A program made the position numbers and the translations under genes. Below the pieces are notes generated by a model that ran no database searches, was not told the origin of the DNA, and saw only the letters and a list, made by a program, of their open reading frames with translations. From Proteobacteria bacterium UBA5680 (GTDB lineage Bacteria; Pseudomonadota; Gammaproteobacteria; Arenicellales; UBA5680), in the NCBI GenBank assembly GCA_002420425.1, contig DIIC01000043.1:26989-90988 (forward strand): a DNA stretch of 64,000 nt. Direction: 5' to 3'. Below, piece by piece: positions 61,814-64,000 of the stretch; the stretch's first letter is position 1; each line of letters opens with the position of its first letter.

Positions 61814-63376
61814 TTAAATAGTTTCACTGACAAAAAATAATATCACAATCAGTGACAGCACCGCCTTAGTCGTTCCGACGATACCGCCGATTACAAGCGG
61901 TTGGCCGCCAGCCTGTTTCATCGATGCAAAAGTTATTTGCATACCAAGACCGGTTAAACCAAATGCAAACAACAGAGTAATCCACTGCCTGAATTTGCTG
62001 ATCTTCTTGGCGGTGTGCCTAACTGCCTTTGTCGCCCCTTTAAGCACTTTGTTGGCGTCCTTGGAGAGGACCTTAGCATTATAGATACCGCGGATAACAG
62101 TCTCATCGTCGATGGTCATAACCTTGCGGTTATCAAGCATGCGTTTGAGCGCCTGCTTGCGGTCGTCTCTTTGCAGTTTGCCCATTTCAGAGCTGACCGC
62201 TGAGATCTGATCATCCTTTAGCAACATCGATTGCTTGACGTTATTGTCGAAATACTTGCCCTTGTAATGCTGCGCAGGCGCAAAAACACCAGTAGATGAC
62301 AACGCGAACATGAGGATAAAGCCCAGCACGAATACTGGAAATTTTTCGAATATCACGGCTCCGACGTTAACCTGTTGGGTAGTTTCTCCACCCTCCTGTT
62401 TAACGTACCAGACTGCTAACCATAAAACGATTATCGGCAAGAACAGCACACGCGTAATATTGAATATCTCGGCTACCTTGAGCGTCTCGATGCCGTCTGG
62501 CTGATACGCTAATGCCGCACCAGCGACCTGCGCAGAATTCAATATACCGGTACCGGCCCAGGCACCAAATTGAATATGACCCAGATCCAGTATATGCCCG
62601 ATAACCGGGAACAGGAACATACAGCCGACACCCCAGATAAGAATGGTACCAATGGTATAGGCGATTTCGACAGCCTTGGCCTGCACTACCGGGGCCGCTG
62701 CAACCGACGCGGACACACCGCAGACACCCATACCGGCTGAAAGAACACCGCCCATGGAACTTGGGATATTACGCCGCTTACCCAGAAACAGTACCAACCC
62801 CACCGAACCCAGTACAAAAAAGCCAACCATAATAGCGGATAGCTTACCGAGTGACTGGAGTTCCGCCAGACTGTACAAAGTACCGAGCAGGATAACACCG
62901 GTTTTCAGGCCAAATCGCGACAGACGAACACCGTTTTCGGCCCACTCAGGGATCTTGAAAACATTAACGATGATGATACCGGCGACTATACCCAGTACGA
63001 CATAATTGAGTCCGAGCACCTGATGCAGGTATTTAGCGCCCATCACCGGCCCCAGGCCAGTACTAATCAAAGCAACCAATGGCGCCAGATACCAGCGAAC
63101 CAGCATCGCCACCAGCAGGATAAATATCGCGCCAGCAACTGTGGACATGTAGTAGTCTAAATTACCTTCTTCATGACTACCAGCCAAGTGCCAGAGCCCG
63201 ACAACAACGGCAACTGCACCAAAGGCGTAGCCCATACCTACCATTTCACCGGCATATTTACCGGCCTTCAGGTAATCGATCAATCCTGATATACCGCCTG
63301 AATCAGCGAGATAAGCAATTGCCACAAAAATAATACCCATAATCAACAAGGCAGGATGCTTTTTTGTATATACCAT
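61814..63376 (-). CDS. YeiH/UPF0324 ('putative sulfate exporter') family membrane protein, enlarged variant (520 aa)
   Basis: It is collinear with E. coli YeiH blocks (SAGMGVCGVSASVAAAPVVQAK, GAWAGTGILNSAQVAGAA, FGLTGLGMQITFASMKQAGGQPL). It also has about 125 extra N-terminal residues with TM helices and a ~95-aa Lys-rich hydrophilic insert. ATG 63376 has an AGGAGG SD, and the track start at 63457 is an over-extension. Confidence 0.75.
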   Translation of the reverse strand: MVYTKKHPALLIMGIIFVAIAYLADSGGISGLIDYLKAGKYAGEMVGMGYAFGAVAVVVGLWHLAGSHEEGNLDYYMSTVAGAIFILLVAMLVRWYLAPLVALISTGLGPVMGAKYLHQVLGLNYVVLGIVAGIIIVNVFKIPEWAENGVRLSRFGLKTGVILLGTLYSLAELQSLGKLSAIMVGFFVLGSVGLVLFLGKRRNIPSSMGGVLSAGMGVCGVSASVAAAPVVQAKAVEIAYTIGTILIWGVGCMFLFPVIGHILDLGHIQFGAWAGTGILNSAQVAGAALAYQPDGIETLKVAEIFNITRVLFLPIIVLWLAVWYVKQEGGETTQQVNVGAVIFEKFPVFVLGFILMFALSSTGVFAPAQHYKGKYFDNNVKQSMLLKDDQISAVSSEMGKLQRDDRKQALKRMLDNRKVMTIDDETVIRGIYNAKVLSKDANKVLKGATKAVRHTAKKISKFRQWITLLFAFGLTGLGMQITFASMKQAGGQPLVIGGIVGTTKAVLSLIVILFFVSETI

Positions 63377-63760
63377 ATTTCCTCCTAGACTATTTATTTT
63401 TTCTGTACGTTTACTGAGTAGTGAAAAGACAGTTATCGAAGTTCTTATCCATGCCACACCAGCCCAAATAGTGCCTGATGGTAACCAGACTATACTCTCC
63501 GTAAATAGAAAAAACGAGGTCAGGGGTGGTGTTAATCCCTACTAACTGTAAGTAATTAAAAAATAAGCAATTTATTCAATGCCAGTCCGCTCTGCGGGTC
63601 AAAAATAACTCAAGATGAGGCAGGGTTTGCTTGAAGAGCGGGCCTGGTAAACAAGTTCCATTCTGATTGGACTATTCGGCATTACAATCTGAAAAAGGCA
63701 AAGTAAATATCTGTCTGACAATTTTATTACCTGGTTGAAGATATTGTTGTGCACAGTCCA

Positions 63761-64000
63761 TCATGAACTAACTATTATTGGTTCCACTTCTTGTCTGCCC
63801 TGAATCAGCGCTGAACCCGCCTCCAGTGCTCTCAAACTTATCTCTGCTATCGCCGGTTTTTGGAATGCTGTTATCGCTTCGGCGAATGCATCTAGATTAA
63901 TAATATCGGAGTCTTTCACGAGTGCTGCCAGAGCTAAGATGCCAATAGATAGACGATTAACTTTCTTAGCAGTAGCAATTAACGGTAACCGAATAATTTC
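63761..64000 (-). CDS. 3' end (79 codons) of a gene resembling the gamma (POR) domain of 2-oxoacid:ferredoxin / indolepyruvate oxidoreductases; partial
   Basis: The frame is open from the window edge to TGA at 63763..63761. The sequence ...RLPLIATAKKVNRLSIGILALAALVKDSDIINLDAFAEAITAFQKPAIAEISLRALEAGSALI... resembles the POR-domain C-terminus (N..mLGA...l...e.l.eai...f....N..A...G). Confidence 0.4.
   Translation of the reverse strand, partial: EIIRLPLIATAKKVNRLSIGILALAALVKDSDIINLDAFAEAITAFQKPAIAEISLRALEAGSALIQGRQEVEPIIVSS

Noticed and set aside
63458-63760. Short ORFs in the AT-rich spacer (e.g. a 30-codon ORF whose ATG overlaps the POR-like gene stop as ATGA, and a 27-codon ORF)
   Set aside because: They are very short, with no SD or motif support. 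AT-rich spacers generate such frames by chance. No convincing terminator or promoter could be defined by eye.

Overview
The window is a 64-kb chromosomal core segment with gammaproteobacterial gene order. I count about 62 protein genes and one tRNA-Leu(CAG). I see no rRNA, no CRISPR array and no intact mobile element. Most genes lie on the minus strand in blocks familiar from E. coli and Pseudomonas: dnaQ-rnhA-methyltransferase/mltD; ilvIH-ilvC-psd-pssA-leuA; purF-cvpA-SPOR-folC-accD-trpF-truA; asd, aroC, dcd, apbC/metG; rlmB-rnr/tRNA-Leu; oppABCDF; and purA-hisZ-hflCKX-hfq-miaA-mutL-amiB-tsaE-nnr/queG/orn. Five things go beyond routine annotation. (1) An unannotated 33-codon, Leu-rich leader ORF with five consecutive Leu codons and a terminator-like hairpin lies upstream of leuA. 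(2) There are several apparent gene relics or losses. They are an internally collapsed MFS permease next to aroC, a gloB-sized hole in the mltD/rnhA/dnaQ synteny, a possible prmB fragment upstream of aroC, and a ~140-bp IS91-family transposase fragment. (3) The right-hand end (from ~60.3 kb) differs by eye in codon usage and is bounded by the IS91 relic. It carries uncharacterised modules: a translationally coupled USP plus membrane-anchored START/SRPBCC-like protein, and an enlarged YeiH-family transporter followed by a 56-aa tail-anchored miniprotein. This is my best candidate for something new, but it is a weak one. (4) The apbC/metG divergent spacer is unusually dense in hairpins. (5) There are small tandem repeats and an intercistronic oppA hairpin. 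All calls come from reading translations and motifs by eye. No database search or folding computation was run.
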